Assembly (NCBI GenBank): GCA_019307065.1
Contig: JAFDKH010000052.1
Coordinates: 5,097 to 69,096 of the forward strand
Reading direction: 5' to 3'
DNA length: 64,000 nucleotides
Source of the DNA: Deltaproteobacteria bacterium
Lineage (GTDB): Bacteria; Myxococcota; B64-G9
Shown: positions 9,728-19,323 of the stretch, piece after piece
Numbering within the stretch: the first letter of the stretch is position 1
Layout of the letters: every line of letters starts with the position of its first letter
Made by a program: the position numbers and the translations under genes
The notes under the pieces: model-generated
Database searches by the model: none
What the model saw: the letters and a program-made list of their open reading frames with translations, nothing else
Told to the model about the DNA's origin: nothing

Positions 9728-12469
9728 TTATCTCCCCTTGTCCTGGGTAACATAAGCGGTAAAGCAAAAATGGCGGCGGCCGGTGAAACGCGCATCCGAT
9801 TGAATCGTGACTCGCCCGGTTTTACCCCGCAGCCCAGGTGTGGCCGCATCCCACGCATGCCAGCCACGGCGCGCCGGACAGGTGAAACGGCCAAGCTCGG
9901 TACTGTCGAAGGAAACAGTCAGATTGACGTCATGCCGGTTGGGCGGTTCAACGACCGAATCATCCAAACCAAAATACCCCTGAATGTGATCGTCGAGGGT
10001 GACGTTGTCAAAATGCAGGGTAAACTTGGCCCGTTCGATCGGGTGCAACCAAATGCATTGGCGCAGCATATGATCCGAGACGATTATCTTTTCTCCGGCA
10101 AAGTTCCAGGCCGGGCCCGGGCACTGAATTTTTGAGCCTTTGTATTTGTCGCATGGTCTGGTCCCCGAGGCACTAATCACTTCGGCTTGTGCCTCGGGCA
10201 GCCGGTCCGCCAGATCGCTCATGATTCGGCGGCCGGGAAAGTCAGGGCTGGCCGGAAGTACAAGACGCAACACCAAGGCCAGCGAACCCATCAATAATAC
10301 AGCCAAGGTCGCCAGGCTGACGATATCACAAACCGCAGTTGCGATCGGTCTCAGGCGCTTATTCAAATAAGCTCTCAATTTGCTGAAAAACCCGACAGAG
10401 ATTAGCAGGGAGAATACCAGAACCGACAACCAGGAAAGAATGGCGCCAATCCACTCGAGGCCGCCGGCCTTGTAACGTAGATGCAGGTTGCCATTGTCGA
10501 CAGGCACCTGCATGAATACCTCGGGACTATCGCCGATCGAAGCACCTGAAATGGGCAGTTGCTCACCGTTTTGCTCAGCTTGCCAGAGTGCATATCTGGC
10601 TTTATTGATGATGAGTCGGCTGTCCGGCCCAGCTGCGCTTATCTGAATATCCAAAGCTTCGGGTTCATCCAGGGTTACAGTCGCCGAGCCCGGGCCCGTC
10701 AGGCTGATTCGTTTGGAGCTATAGTCATTGAATCGATATAACCGCAGACGGCCGAAACGGTCCAGCTCTGTCAGATCTGTCCGATGCAAGGCGTGAGCCG
10801 AAAGAACGTGGCTAATGTTGACCGCTTTCCAGACTGAGGCATCGCGTGACTCGAATTTGAAGCGGTAGTTGTTTTCAGGTGTGAAACCTATTTTAAAAAT
10901 CGGCAGGCCGGTATAAACCGGCAGGGCGACCAGCAAATGATCATGAGTTTGTGACAAGATTGCGATACGCCCGGTTGTTTTTCTATCGAGCGAGTTGAGG
11001 TGGTCGGCTGCCTGACGCAAATCATGGTAACTATTTGATTGCGATGCCCAGGTCAGGGGCTTGTCGGGAGCCAGGAAGGGATAAGGACCCGACCGGGTCG
11101 AGTAGAAGATAAATGGAGCGATCATGGCAGCCAGCAAAAATCTGCGGCCATGACGCTTCAAGGCTGATTCGTAGGGGCGGTGATTTGCCGGGTTAGTTGC
11201 CGGCTTACGGATAATATACTCTAACAGAAAGCCGCAGCCCAGTAACATGGCAGTCCTGATGATGTAGGCGAAGCGTTCGAGCTGAAGATGAGCGATCGCG
11301 GGGAACTTTTGGAGTATGTCGAAAGACAGCAAAAAGGTCGTTGACGAGAAAAACAGCAGTAGTCCGGAGACTACCAGTAAAAACATCGGAAACGGTTCTC
11401 GGCGACGGGTTCCCAGTACCAGCCCCAGGATTCCTCCGATTAGAAAAACCGGGCCGAACTGTGCCAGCGCGTTGCCTTCGGTGATGCCGCGCACAATTGT
11501 TTCAAAGGGCAGCCAGAAGTAGGCTAACGGTTCGAACCAATCTTGACGTCCGATAAAAGGGATCAACCAGAAAGCGCTCAGGCCGAACCCCAACAGACCG
11601 GCTGCTACGACTCGGGGCAGCCAGAGACCCGGAGCCGGAAGCCTGGCGGCCAGGACCATTATCAGAATATAAACCGGTAACATGACTCCCAGGAAGGCAA
11701 CTGCCATCGGATGACACAGAATAGCGCCGCAAATAAACAGACTTGTGGCTAGCAGGTTCTTCGAACCGGCTTTGAGGAGCAGACGGTCGAGGCTCCACAG
11801 GCTCCACAAACAAAGCGAGAAACTGAGTCCCATGGACCAGACACCCCATTCGAGATTGAAATCCCAACCTGATTGAAACCAGGCCCCGCGATCCACCAGC
11901 CCGAGCAAAGCGGCCAGCAGGCCGGCCCAGGGACCAGCGAAGCGCCGACCAAGGGCGTATAGCGCGGCTGGATAGGAAAGGACGAAAAGAAACAGAGCCC
12001 AGCAATAAGCGGTCTCCCAAGACAGTATGCCCAGGCTAAAAACCCGCAGGGCGACTACTAAAAGATCTGTGCCGAGCGGATACAAGCTATTGGCCGGATA
12101 GCCGGCGAACATCATATTAGAGAAGCCGGTCAGCGATCCCTCTGATAGTAACTGCGTCCCGGTATTCCAGGCCCGGTATAAAAACACAGGGTGATCATGG
12201 TTAATCGGCAGGTCTCCGATTAGCAGTCGTCCGTAAAGAATTACAGCCACAACCAGAATCACCAAGGGGCCTGCGGCTTCACCGATCCAGCCGGGCGTTC
12301 GCTTCCAGATGTCTTTGGGTAGCCGGTCGTAAAAATTCAGGATCACAATTACGAGTGCTGGAATTGCACACACTTGGAGTGCCTCATTGCCAAGCAATAG
12401 GAACAAAATGGCTAGCAGGCCAGCGCAGGACCATGATACAATTTTGAGCATGGAGGCGAAGATTATCAC
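9728..12469 (-). CDS. Large polytopic membrane protein, possibly a GT-C-type glycosyltransferase; function uncertain
   Basis: 913 aa. The N-terminal ~480 aa form at least 12 hydrophobic spans, followed by a soluble domain and two more spans near aa 690-750. No catalytic motif could be verified by eye. Confidence 0.7.
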   Translation of the reverse strand: MIIFASMLKIVSWSCAGLLAILFLLLGNEALQVCAIPALVIVILNFYDRLPKDIWKRTPGWIGEAAGPLVILVVAVILYGRLLIGDLPINHDHPVFLYRAWNTGTQLLSEGSLTGFSNMMFAGYPANSLYPLGTDLLVVALRVFSLGILSWETAYCWALFLFVLSYPAALYALGRRFAGPWAGLLAALLGLVDRGAWFQSGWDFNLEWGVWSMGLSFSLCLWSLWSLDRLLLKAGSKNLLATSLFICGAILCHPMAVAFLGVMLPVYILIMVLAARLPAPGLWLPRVVAAGLLGFGLSAFWLIPFIGRQDWFEPLAYFWLPFETIVRGITEGNALAQFGPVFLIGGILGLVLGTRRREPFPMFLLVVSGLLLFFSSTTFLLSFDILQKFPAIAHLQLERFAYIIRTAMLLGCGFLLEYIIRKPATNPANHRPYESALKRHGRRFLLAAMIAPFIFYSTRSGPYPFLAPDKPLTWASQSNSYHDLRQAADHLNSLDRKTTGRIAILSQTHDHLLVALPVYTGLPIFKIGFTPENNYRFKFESRDASVWKAVNISHVLSAHALHRTDLTELDRFGRLRLYRFNDYSSKRISLTGPGSATVTLDEPEALDIQISAAGPDSRLIINKARYALWQAEQNGEQLPISGASIGDSPEVFMQVPVDNGNLHLRYKAGGLEWIGAILSWLSVLVFSLLISVGFFSKLRAYLNKRLRPIATAVCDIVSLATLAVLLMGSLALVLRLVLPASPDFPGRRIMSDLADRLPEAQAEVISASGTRPCDKYKGSKIQCPGPAWNFAGEKIIVSDHMLRQCIWLHPIERAKFTLHFDNVTLDDHIQGYFGLDDSVVEPPNRHDVNLTVSFDSTELGRFTCPARRGWHAWDAATPGLRGKTGRVTIQSDARFTGRRHFCFTAYVTQDKGR

Positions 12470-12493
12470 ACATGCTCGAGATCTTGAACAGCC

Positions 12494-12522
12494 TTGATCG
12501 ATTGCAGGTCTTATTATACAAT
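12494..12522 (+). promoter_or_regulatory. Candidate sigma-70 promoter for the PilZ gene
   Basis: TTGATC (12494-12499), 17-nt spacer, TACAAT (12517-12522), about 40 nt upstream of ATG 12564. Confidence 0.3.
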
Positions 12523-12563
12523 TTGGCTAGTAGCACGAGAACCAGGGCGGGGAGACGGCAGGT

Positions 12564-13229
12564 ATGAGCAAATCAAGTAAAGAACATAAGTTCCATCTGG
12601 TATTTGAATCCGCTGAAGAGTTCGACAGTACTTTTACGCGCCGGGGCGCTGAAACGGGGTTGTTTTTCAAATCGAATCGTGAGCTGGTAGTCGGCGATGG
12701 GGTTACTATTCAGGTTTCTATCAAGGGCATTCGCGATCCGGTATTTTTACAAGGTCGAGTAGTTTGGCGGCGTCATCGCTCCGGCGGCCCCAAAATGCCG
12801 GCTGGGGTTTTTGTTGGTTTGGTAGATCGAGATCGTGCCCGTTTGGATGCCATCGTAAAGTTTCTCAAATCACCCCAAAAGGCCAACCGGCGCCAGCATC
12901 TGCGCTTTCCGGTCCAACTCAAGGCGACCTATGATACTTCCAAAGGTAGCTTTCCGTCAGAGATTCGCAATCTCTCCAAGGGTGGTGCCTTTCTGCGCTG
13001 TATGGGGCCTCTTCTGACGGTAGGAGCCAGGTTCCCATTGGATCTTTCCCTGGATGACCGTGGAGGGAAACGCGTTCCTCTTGACGTAAAGGTTGCCTGG
13101 ATTGACTACTTTGAAGACACGCAGGGCATGGGAGTTGTGTTTGTCAAAGGCCAGATTCAGCTAAAAAAAGTCATACGTCTAATCGGCAACCTGGAAAAAA
13201 ATTTAAAAAAGAACAAATCCCTTTCTTAA
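12564..13229 (+). CDS. PilZ-domain protein (degenerate N-terminal half, intact C-terminal PilZ)
   Basis: The C-terminal half carries RRQHLR (RRxxxR) and NLSKGG ((D/N)xSxxG), the c-di-GMP binding motifs. The N-terminal half lacks them. Confidence 0.8.
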   Translation: MSKSSKEHKFHLVFESAEEFDSTFTRRGAETGLFFKSNRELVVGDGVTIQVSIKGIRDPVFLQGRVVWRRHRSGGPKMPAGVFVGLVDRDRARLDAIVKFLKSPQKANRRQHLRFPVQLKATYDTSKGSFPSEIRNLSKGGAFLRCMGPLLTVGARFPLDLSLDDRGGKRVPLDVKVAWIDYFEDTQGMGVVFVKGQIQLKKVIRLIGNLEKNLKKNKSLS

Positions 13230-13404
13230 TCAATTCTGGGCTGAATTCCGCTATTATCAGTTGTTGAAATTAAGCTCGCCGACCATATCTGTTGAGCCAA
13301 AAGTCGTCAAACAACCCGGAACTTCACGATTTTTGTATGGTCAGTTCTTGCACCGTTCCCGGGGCTTTGATAGGATGCCAAAATCACAGGGGGTCAGGTA
13401 TTTT

Positions 13405-14145
13405 ATGAGCGCTGCACAGGGCAATAGAACAATAATGTTGGGCGAACTCCTGCTCAAGGCTGGAGTGATTACCGAACAGCAGCTTAGAGCGGCCCTGACC
13501 GAGCAGAAAAAATGGGGCGGAAAACTGGGTAGTCTTCTGGTCGACATGAATTTCTTGGACGAGGACACGTTGGTCAAAGCACTTAGCAAGCAATTGAACC
13601 TCCCGCGAGTCGATTTTGAAGGATTAGTAATTTCAGCCGAAGCGGTTCAGAATTTAGAAGCGGATTTTGCCGAGCAGCATCAGGTCTTGCCGATTTCCTT
13701 TGTGGCCGCCAAGAAACAATTAGTTGTTGCCATGGCAGATCCGCGTAACCTCGGAATAGTAGATGAAATCGGATTCAAGACGGGTTGTAAAGTGCAAGTG
13801 GCTATCGCCGGAGAGAAGGCATTAGCCGTCAAAATCCGTGAAAAGTATTTTGGTGAAAACCTGCCGGTCAGGGCCACATCTGTGAATCAGTCGACAGAGC
13901 AAGCAATGGAGTTTACTACGCCGCTCGGCGATAAAATGGTCAGCGCAGATGAAGACAGGTTTATGGTAGACGAAAAACCAACCCCGGCGGCCAAACCCGG
14001 AGGTACTGCGAGTTTCAGTGAGAAGCTCAAACGACTAGAGTTATTGCAAAAGAAGCAGGTACAAGTACTGAAAGTCGTTGTTGAGTTGCTAATGGAAAAA
14101 GGCTATTTCACGCGTGATGAGTACCGCGAAAGGGTCGATCAGTAA
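13405..14145 (+). CDS. Stand-alone MshEN / T2SSE_N domain protein (no ATPase domain)
   Basis: Two tandem 24-residue MshEN-type motifs separated by a 5-residue spacer: MLGELLLKAGVITEQQLRAALTEQ-KKWGG-KLGSLLVDMNFLDEDTLVKALSKQ. The rest of the GspE N-terminal fold follows (VLPISFVAAKKQLVVAMADPRNL). Start taken at Met49 of the tracked ORF; it is uncertain. Confidence 0.7.
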   Translation: MSAAQGNRTIMLGELLLKAGVITEQQLRAALTEQKKWGGKLGSLLVDMNFLDEDTLVKALSKQLNLPRVDFEGLVISAEAVQNLEADFAEQHQVLPISFVAAKKQLVVAMADPRNLGIVDEIGFKTGCKVQVAIAGEKALAVKIREKYFGENLPVRATSVNQSTEQAMEFTTPLGDKMVSADEDRFMVDEKPTPAAKPGGTASFSEKLKRLELLQKKQVQVLKVVVELLMEKGYFTRDEYRERVDQ

Positions 14146-14156
14146 GGAGGATCCCG

Positions 14157-15746
14157 ATGGCGGGTAAAAAACAACTGGGCCAGATACTGCTTGAGGCTGG
14201 AGTTATCGATGAATTTCAGCTTAAGTCCGCACTTGGCTATCAGAAACAATGGGGTGGTCAACTGGGAAAAGTCCTGGTCGAGAACCGCTTTATTACCCAA
14301 GAAACCCTGGTGGATGCTATTCACAGCCAGACAGATATCCCGATCGTCAAGCTTCAAAATTCTACTATTCCAGATTACCTGAAGAAGATGGTTCCCGAAG
14401 ACCTGGCAACCAAGTTTTGTTTGGTCCCGGTTAAAATCGAGGGAGAGCCTGGCAAGTCCAGTGAAGCCCTGGTGGTCGCCATGGCGGAACCTACCAATTT
14501 GACCGCCCTTGACGAGATTCGTTTTCGTACAGGAAAAAAAGTCAAAGCGCTGCTAGCTACTGAGAGTTCGATCGACAGATCCATCCGGGTGAATTATAAA
14601 GGAGAGCAAGTAGACGATGAACCGGAGGTAATCGGTCAAGATCCCGAAGATATTCAATTTGCCGGTCCCGAATTCGCTGGTGAAGATATGCAGATCGTAC
14701 AGGGTAGACTCGAATCGGGAGAACAAAAAGTAAGTCCTGATTCTGAACCTGAACTCGACGATCCCTTTGCCCAGTTGGAGTCATTGGCCCGCGGTCCTGA
14801 CCCAGCAGAAAGCGTTTTGGCTTCACAATCAAAGGCGGCCCAGAAGGCTCCGTCTCAAGCAGTCGCGCCTCTCGTGCCCGAAGCTGCTTCTGAAGCAGGT
14901 CCGGTCCCGATTGAAGCCATTGCGGATGCTATGGACGTCGATATCGATCTGGATTCCGGATTTGATCAAGATTCACAAGCGGCTCAGGTCAGCGAAGATG
15001 AACTGCCTGAAGTCGAGATTTTCGAAGAACTTCCTATGGCTGAGGCGTCTGAAGTACAGACACTAGCTAGCGAACAACCAGCGCCGGTTGCTGAGCCTGA
15101 AAAAGCTGCGACTCCTTCGCCAACTCCGATTGCACCAAAACCCGCAGCCCAACAGCCTGCCAGCCCGCAGACTGCTGACGAGACGGCGCCTGACAATCAA
15201 ACAAACAAGGCCTTCGGTATGTCGGGTGATTTATTAGGCTCAACAAAATCAGATTCAGACAGCCTTCAAGATTCTGATGCTTCACCGAAGCCGGCAATCT
15301 CGGGCCCACTTATTCAAATGCCTGATGAACCTGTTGAGACAGTATCTAAGAGTGATACTGCTGGGTCAGCGGGAGAAAGCAGTAATATCGCCAGGAAGTC
15401 AGCTATGGAGGCCTTGCTGTCCCGAGTAGGGGTCGGTGCTAAACAAGAGGCAGTTAAGTCAGCAGCCGAGCCGGTCCAGAAACCGGCCGCACAAGAACAA
15501 GTCAAGCCAGCTGAACCTGATCCGGTCGGACCTGCAGATGAAGCCCAGAACAAGAAGGAGCTATTTGCCGCAGGATTGGGCGATGAGGTGTCGAATCTTC
15601 TCGAACGACTGGAATCAGCTCAGACAGATGAAGAACTGCCCCAAGTAGTGAATTCCAGCCACATGATTGCGGCAATTGTCCGGTTGCTTCTCAAGAAGGA
15701 AATCTTCTCGGAGACCGAGTTTCTCGAGGAATTGAAAGGTCGCTGA
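14157..15746 (+). CDS. Stand-alone MshEN / T2SSE_N domain protein with a ~350-aa acidic Pro/Ala/Glu-rich tail
   Basis: QLGQILLEAGVIDEFQLKSALGYQ-KQWGG-QLGKVLVENRFITQETLVDAIHSQ, then LVPVKIEGE...LVVAMAEPTNL. A long low-complexity region follows. The C-terminal helix (AAIVRLLLKKEIFSETEFLEEL) resembles the C-terminus of the preceding paralog. Confidence 0.75.
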   Translation: MAGKKQLGQILLEAGVIDEFQLKSALGYQKQWGGQLGKVLVENRFITQETLVDAIHSQTDIPIVKLQNSTIPDYLKKMVPEDLATKFCLVPVKIEGEPGKSSEALVVAMAEPTNLTALDEIRFRTGKKVKALLATESSIDRSIRVNYKGEQVDDEPEVIGQDPEDIQFAGPEFAGEDMQIVQGRLESGEQKVSPDSEPELDDPFAQLESLARGPDPAESVLASQSKAAQKAPSQAVAPLVPEAASEAGPVPIEAIADAMDVDIDLDSGFDQDSQAAQVSEDELPEVEIFEELPMAEASEVQTLASEQPAPVAEPEKAATPSPTPIAPKPAAQQPASPQTADETAPDNQTNKAFGMSGDLLGSTKSDSDSLQDSDASPKPAISGPLIQMPDEPVETVSKSDTAGSAGESSNIARKSAMEALLSRVGVGAKQEAVKSAAEPVQKPAAQEQVKPAEPDPVGPADEAQNKKELFAAGLGDEVSNLLERLESAQTDEELPQVVNSSHMIAAIVRLLLKKEIFSETEFLEELKGR

Positions 15747-15757
15747 GGTCTGGAAAT

Positions 15758-16246
15758 ATGCGCAGTGAAGCTGCCAGAGCTCGAGCACTTCGACGAGGTC
15801 CTGGGGTTGCCGGATTCTTGCTGGCGCATCACTGGCCGGGCCAATTGGATCGCTGCTACCAATTGTGGGTTGGTCAACACCCGCTTTGGTTGTGTGCTCG
15901 TTGTAGTGGTATCTACCCGGCCCTGTTTGCAACACTTGTCATACAGCTTATCTGGGCAGGTTCGTATTCTTCCTGGGATTGGCTCTGGTTGTTCGGGCTG
16001 CCGTTAGTGGCTGTCGCCGACTGGGCCTTCGACCGTCTTAGCCTGAGAGTCAGCAACAACTTTTGGCGAACTGCCAGCGGTTTTTTTCTTGGCGTTTCGC
16101 TGGGGCGGACTGTTTATCTGAACATGATTTACCCTTTCAACAAGATGGTGGTTGTGCAATTGTTATGTTTAGTTGGTATTGTGATTTCGGTCGAGATCGT
16201 GGCCCGTTTGATAAAAACCGGCAGCCGGTCGAAACATATGAATTGA
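15758..16246 (+). CDS. DUF2085-like small membrane protein
   Basis: 162 aa with about 4 hydrophobic spans and the CARCSGIYPA motif typical of DUF2085 as I remember it. Confidence 0.5.
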   Translation: MRSEAARARALRRGPGVAGFLLAHHWPGQLDRCYQLWVGQHPLWLCARCSGIYPALFATLVIQLIWAGSYSSWDWLWLFGLPLVAVADWAFDRLSLRVSNNFWRTASGFFLGVSLGRTVYLNMIYPFNKMVVVQLLCLVGIVISVEIVARLIKTGSRSKHMN

Positions 16247-16461
16247 AGGTAGAAAGCGTAAGAAGAGAGCCTTCGGCCGATGGATTCAAGAAGATTGAGT
16301 ATCTCAGATTCATTGGTGCCAACAATTGTCCGGCCTGTGGCGAGGAAGTTGCCGCCGAGGCCTATGTATGTGTTCGCGACGATGAAGGCCAGATAGTCGA
16401 AAAATACCGTTGTTCGATTTGCGGTGTCGATTATGCTTTCCCTACCGACGTAGTTCATTAA
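16243..16461 (+). CDS. Small zinc-ribbon protein (two CxxC pairs)
   Basis: An in-frame TTG at 16243 overlaps the upstream stop as TTGA. The protein contains CPACGEE...CSICG. The tracked longer ORF from 16063 would overlap the DUF2085 gene by 184 nt, so I shortened it. Confidence 0.4.
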   Translation: MKVESVRREPSADGFKKIEYLRFIGANNCPACGEEVAAEAYVCVRDDEGQIVEKYRCSICGVDYAFPTDVVH

Positions 16462-16481
16462 AACCCCAAAATAAAAAGCTT

Positions 16482-16509
16482 TTGACATCCGGGTCTGCGT
16501 TGGGATAAC
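16482..16509 (+). promoter_or_regulatory. Weak candidate sigma-70 promoter upstream of cpaB
   Basis: TTGACA (16482-16487), 16-nt spacer, GATAAC (16504-16509), inside the 164-nt gap before cpaB. Confidence 0.2.
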
Positions 16510-16625
16510 CTCGGAAAAGCACGAAATTGCTGACTATTCCACGGATTAGACAGCATCTGGGTATCTCACGGAAGGGCCCAGAGCGTAGCAGCCTCGGGAA
16601 TCGAAAGAGGAAAGGAGAAGTCCAT

Positions 16626-17429
16626 ATGTTGAAAGGAAAAGCACCCCTAATCATTGCCTTGGGACTCGGATTGATGGCGGCTTTGCTTGCTTACAAGACC
16701 ATGCAGCGTGCCGAGGAGAAGGTTAAAGAAGGCTGGACATTGATGCCCGTAGTAGTTTCCAACCGAGATATAGTCGAAGGTACTGTTCTGGATTACGACA
16801 TGGTTGCCAAACATCAAATGCCCGAGCAATTCATGACACCTAGTATTGTCAGTCCCAAGCAGTTCGAGAAAGTGATTGGCCAGAAGCTGATGGTGCCGCT
16901 CCAACGCGGCGATCTCATTCTCTGGAGCCATTTTCGCTCAGAGGGTACTTTTGAACGTCTGAGCAACATTGTTCGTAAAGCCGGTCGGGCAATCAGCATT
17001 GGCATTTCCGGTGCCGAGGCGGTTGCCGGCTGGGTCAGGCCCAATGATCACATTGACATTCTTGGGACTTTCGAAGATCCCAAAACCGAAAGCCTGGTAA
17101 CAGTTACGCTCATGCAAAATGTTATTGTTTTAGCGACCGGTTCGATTACTGGCAGCACGAACATGACCATAATGAAGGACAACCAGAAGAAATACAATAA
17201 CATCACTGTCATGCTATTGCCGGAAGAGGCTGAGATCATTATTCTGGCTTCCCAACTTGGTAGCCTGTATTTATCTTTACGCAACCCCGAGGATATCGGT
17301 GGAGAAGAAGAGCGGGCTCGCGCAACGATTCAAACCCTGCTGACCGGCGAGCGAGTCAAGGCACTGAAGATAAAACGCGAAAGAACATTCCAGGTCATCC
17401 GGCTACCGACTGGCGGCGGGGGTCACTAG
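16626..17429 (+). CDS. cpaB: Flp/Tad pilus assembly protein CpaB/RcpC
   Basis: AAAGGAG RBS before ATG 16626. N-terminal TM helix (LIIALGLGLMAALLAY), a SAF-like segment (VVVSNRDIVEGTVLDYDMV) and an RcpC-like C-terminal part (VTVMLLPEEAEIIILASQLGSLYLSLR). Confidence 0.8.
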   Translation: MLKGKAPLIIALGLGLMAALLAYKTMQRAEEKVKEGWTLMPVVVSNRDIVEGTVLDYDMVAKHQMPEQFMTPSIVSPKQFEKVIGQKLMVPLQRGDLILWSHFRSEGTFERLSNIVRKAGRAISIGISGAEAVAGWVRPNDHIDILGTFEDPKTESLVTVTLMQNVIVLATGSITGSTNMTIMKDNQKKYNNITVMLLPEEAEIIILASQLGSLYLSLRNPEDIGGEEERARATIQTLLTGERVKALKIKRERTFQVIRLPTGGGGH

Positions 17430-17444
17430 TCGAAAGGACTGAGC

Positions 17445-18302
17445 ATGGATATCCTGTTCAATAAAGGCCTCACTATGTTGGTGATACTGGGGGCTGTGTT
17501 CATGTTTGCCCTCATGGTTATGAGTATCCTCAACAGGGCTTTTGCTCGGTACCAGGAAAAGTACGTTACCCAGTCGATGAGAGACTTGTCGGACATGTTT
17601 CTCTTTATCGACGGCCGGCAACTGTTAATTCTGAATATAAGTATTACAGCCCTGTTTGTTCTTGTCGGGCTTTTATTTTTCGGTACTTTTTTTACAATCA
17701 TACTTGCCGCATGTGGTTTTTTTGTTCCAACCCTGATGGTTAGAATTTTCAAGGCCATGCGTCTGAAGAAATTCAACAAGCAGCTGGTGGATTCCCTGAG
17801 CCAGATGTCAAACGCATTCAAAGCCGGCCTGACATTTCCTCAGGCCATGGAGCATATAGCCCAGGAATCCGAATCGCCGCTGGCGCAGGAATTCATGTTG
17901 TTTGTACGCGAAATCAAACTGGGCAAACCCATGGACGAGGCGCTCACCAGCATTGCAGACCGGGTTGGAAGTGAAGATCTCGATCTGGTTGTTACTGCAA
18001 CCATTATTTCCAGGCAGCTCGGTGGAAACATGGCCGAGATGTTCGATACGATTGCGGCAACTATCCGGGAGCGGTTCAGACTGGAAGGCAAGATCAAGGC
18101 CTTGACATCCCAGGGAAAGCTGCAAGGCTGGATTGTGGCGGCTTTGCCCTTGGTACTTGGACTGGTCATGAACTATATGCGGCCGGACTTGATGCAGCCA
18201 ATGTTTGATGGATGGTTCGGATATATCCTGGTATTAATAATCCTCCTGATGGAATTGGCCGGCATCTGGATGATTCGTAAAATCGTGAATATAAACGTGT
18301 AG
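17445..18302 (+). CDS. tadB: Tad platform protein TadB (T2SSF family)
   Basis: 285 aa. N-terminal TM helices, a T2SSF domain (SNAFKAGLTFPQAMEHIA...EIKLGKPMDEAL...ISRQLGGNMAEMFD) and C-terminal TM helices. Confidence 0.8.
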   Translation: MDILFNKGLTMLVILGAVFMFALMVMSILNRAFARYQEKYVTQSMRDLSDMFLFIDGRQLLILNISITALFVLVGLLFFGTFFTIILAACGFFVPTLMVRIFKAMRLKKFNKQLVDSLSQMSNAFKAGLTFPQAMEHIAQESESPLAQEFMLFVREIKLGKPMDEALTSIADRVGSEDLDLVVTATIISRQLGGNMAEMFDTIAATIRERFRLEGKIKALTSQGKLQGWIVAALPLVLGLVMNYMRPDLMQPMFDGWFGYILVLIILLMELAGIWMIRKIVNINV

Positions 18303-18318
18303 TGAAGGAGTAATTCTT

Positions 18319-19227
18319 ATGGGCGGAGATCTAGTTGGCGGAATCATGACTTTCCTGTCCTTCGTGCTGGTTCTCGGGTTTGGTTTCTTCTTGGTATATG
18401 GTGTCTGGGAAGTAGCCTTGAAGAAGTCGCTCTCTGAAGCCAAGGAATTAGAAGAACGTTCCACGATGAAAGCTATGCGCAAGGTGTTCTTGCGAAAGCT
18501 TGGTAGCTATAACCGAAGATTCATGTGGCCCAAATATGAGGCTAAAGTCAACAAGAGGATTGTCAGTGCCGGAGGTCTGGATGGGCTGAAGGCAGAAGAA
18601 GTTTTGACCTTGCAGGAGCTGGCCCTGGTATTTTTTACGATCCTGGGTATAGTGGTCACAAATTTTTTGAGAAGCGATCTGGATATTCAGGTGGGTTATT
18701 GGCTGGTGGGGCTCTTTGCGCTGCTGGGTTTTTATTACCCAAAGATTTGGGTGCGTGACCAGGTCAAGAAAAGGCAGTTCAAAATTATTCGCGAACTACC
18801 TTACAACCTCGACCTTCTGACGTTATCCGTGGAAGCCGGGCTCGATTTTCAGGCTGCGGTGGGCACCGTTGTTAAAAAGGGCAAACAGGGTCCCTTGGTG
18901 GAAGAGATGGACTTGATGCTCAAAGAGCTCAGAATAGGCAAGACTCGTCAGGTAGCTCTACGCGAAATGGCGGACAGAGTTGCCTTGCCGGCCCTGAGCC
19001 AGTTTGTGGCCGCTCTGATCCAGGCCGACCGGATGGGTACCAGCTTGGGAAAAATACTGAGAATTCAGTCGACTCAGATGCGGATCGAAAGAACCCAGCG
19101 AGCTGAAAAACTTGCCAACGAAGCTCCGGTCAAAATGCTGTTCCCGTTAATCGCTTGTATTTTCCCGACTGTGTTCATGATTCTGTTTGGGCCGATTGTC
19201 TACCAATTCATGTCAGGAGATTTCTAG
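18319..19227 (+). CDS. tadC: Tad platform protein TadC (T2SSF family)
   Basis: AAGGAG RBS. 302 aa. T2SSF domain (LPYNLDLLTLSVEAGLDFQAAV...ELRIGKTRQVALREMADRV...IQADRMGTSLGKIL). Confidence 0.8.
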   Translation: MGGDLVGGIMTFLSFVLVLGFGFFLVYGVWEVALKKSLSEAKELEERSTMKAMRKVFLRKLGSYNRRFMWPKYEAKVNKRIVSAGGLDGLKAEEVLTLQELALVFFTILGIVVTNFLRSDLDIQVGYWLVGLFALLGFYYPKIWVRDQVKKRQFKIIRELPYNLDLLTLSVEAGLDFQAAVGTVVKKGKQGPLVEEMDLMLKELRIGKTRQVALREMADRVALPALSQFVAALIQADRMGTSLGKILRIQSTQMRIERTQRAEKLANEAPVKMLFPLIACIFPTVFMILFGPIVYQFMSGDF

Positions 19228-19323
19228 TCGATCCAATGATCACCATGTTTAAATCACAAATCTTCCGGCAGTTGCCGAACGTCGAATCTAGAAGGAAAGT
19301 GGTTGTTCGTTCGGGCCTGAGAT

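Noticed and set aside
9727-9894. 56-aa N-terminal extension of the YjbQ ORF, and the 9701-10135 plus-strand ORF.
   Set aside because: The extension overlaps the 3' end of the upstream membrane-protein gene and is not part of the conserved YjbQ core. An internal Met at 9726 sits 1 nt after the upstream stop.
16063-16242. Long version of the Zn-ribbon ORF starting at 16063.
   Set aside because: It would overlap the DUF2085 gene by 184 nt in another frame. A TTG forming a TTGA junction at 16243 gives a compact, coupled gene.
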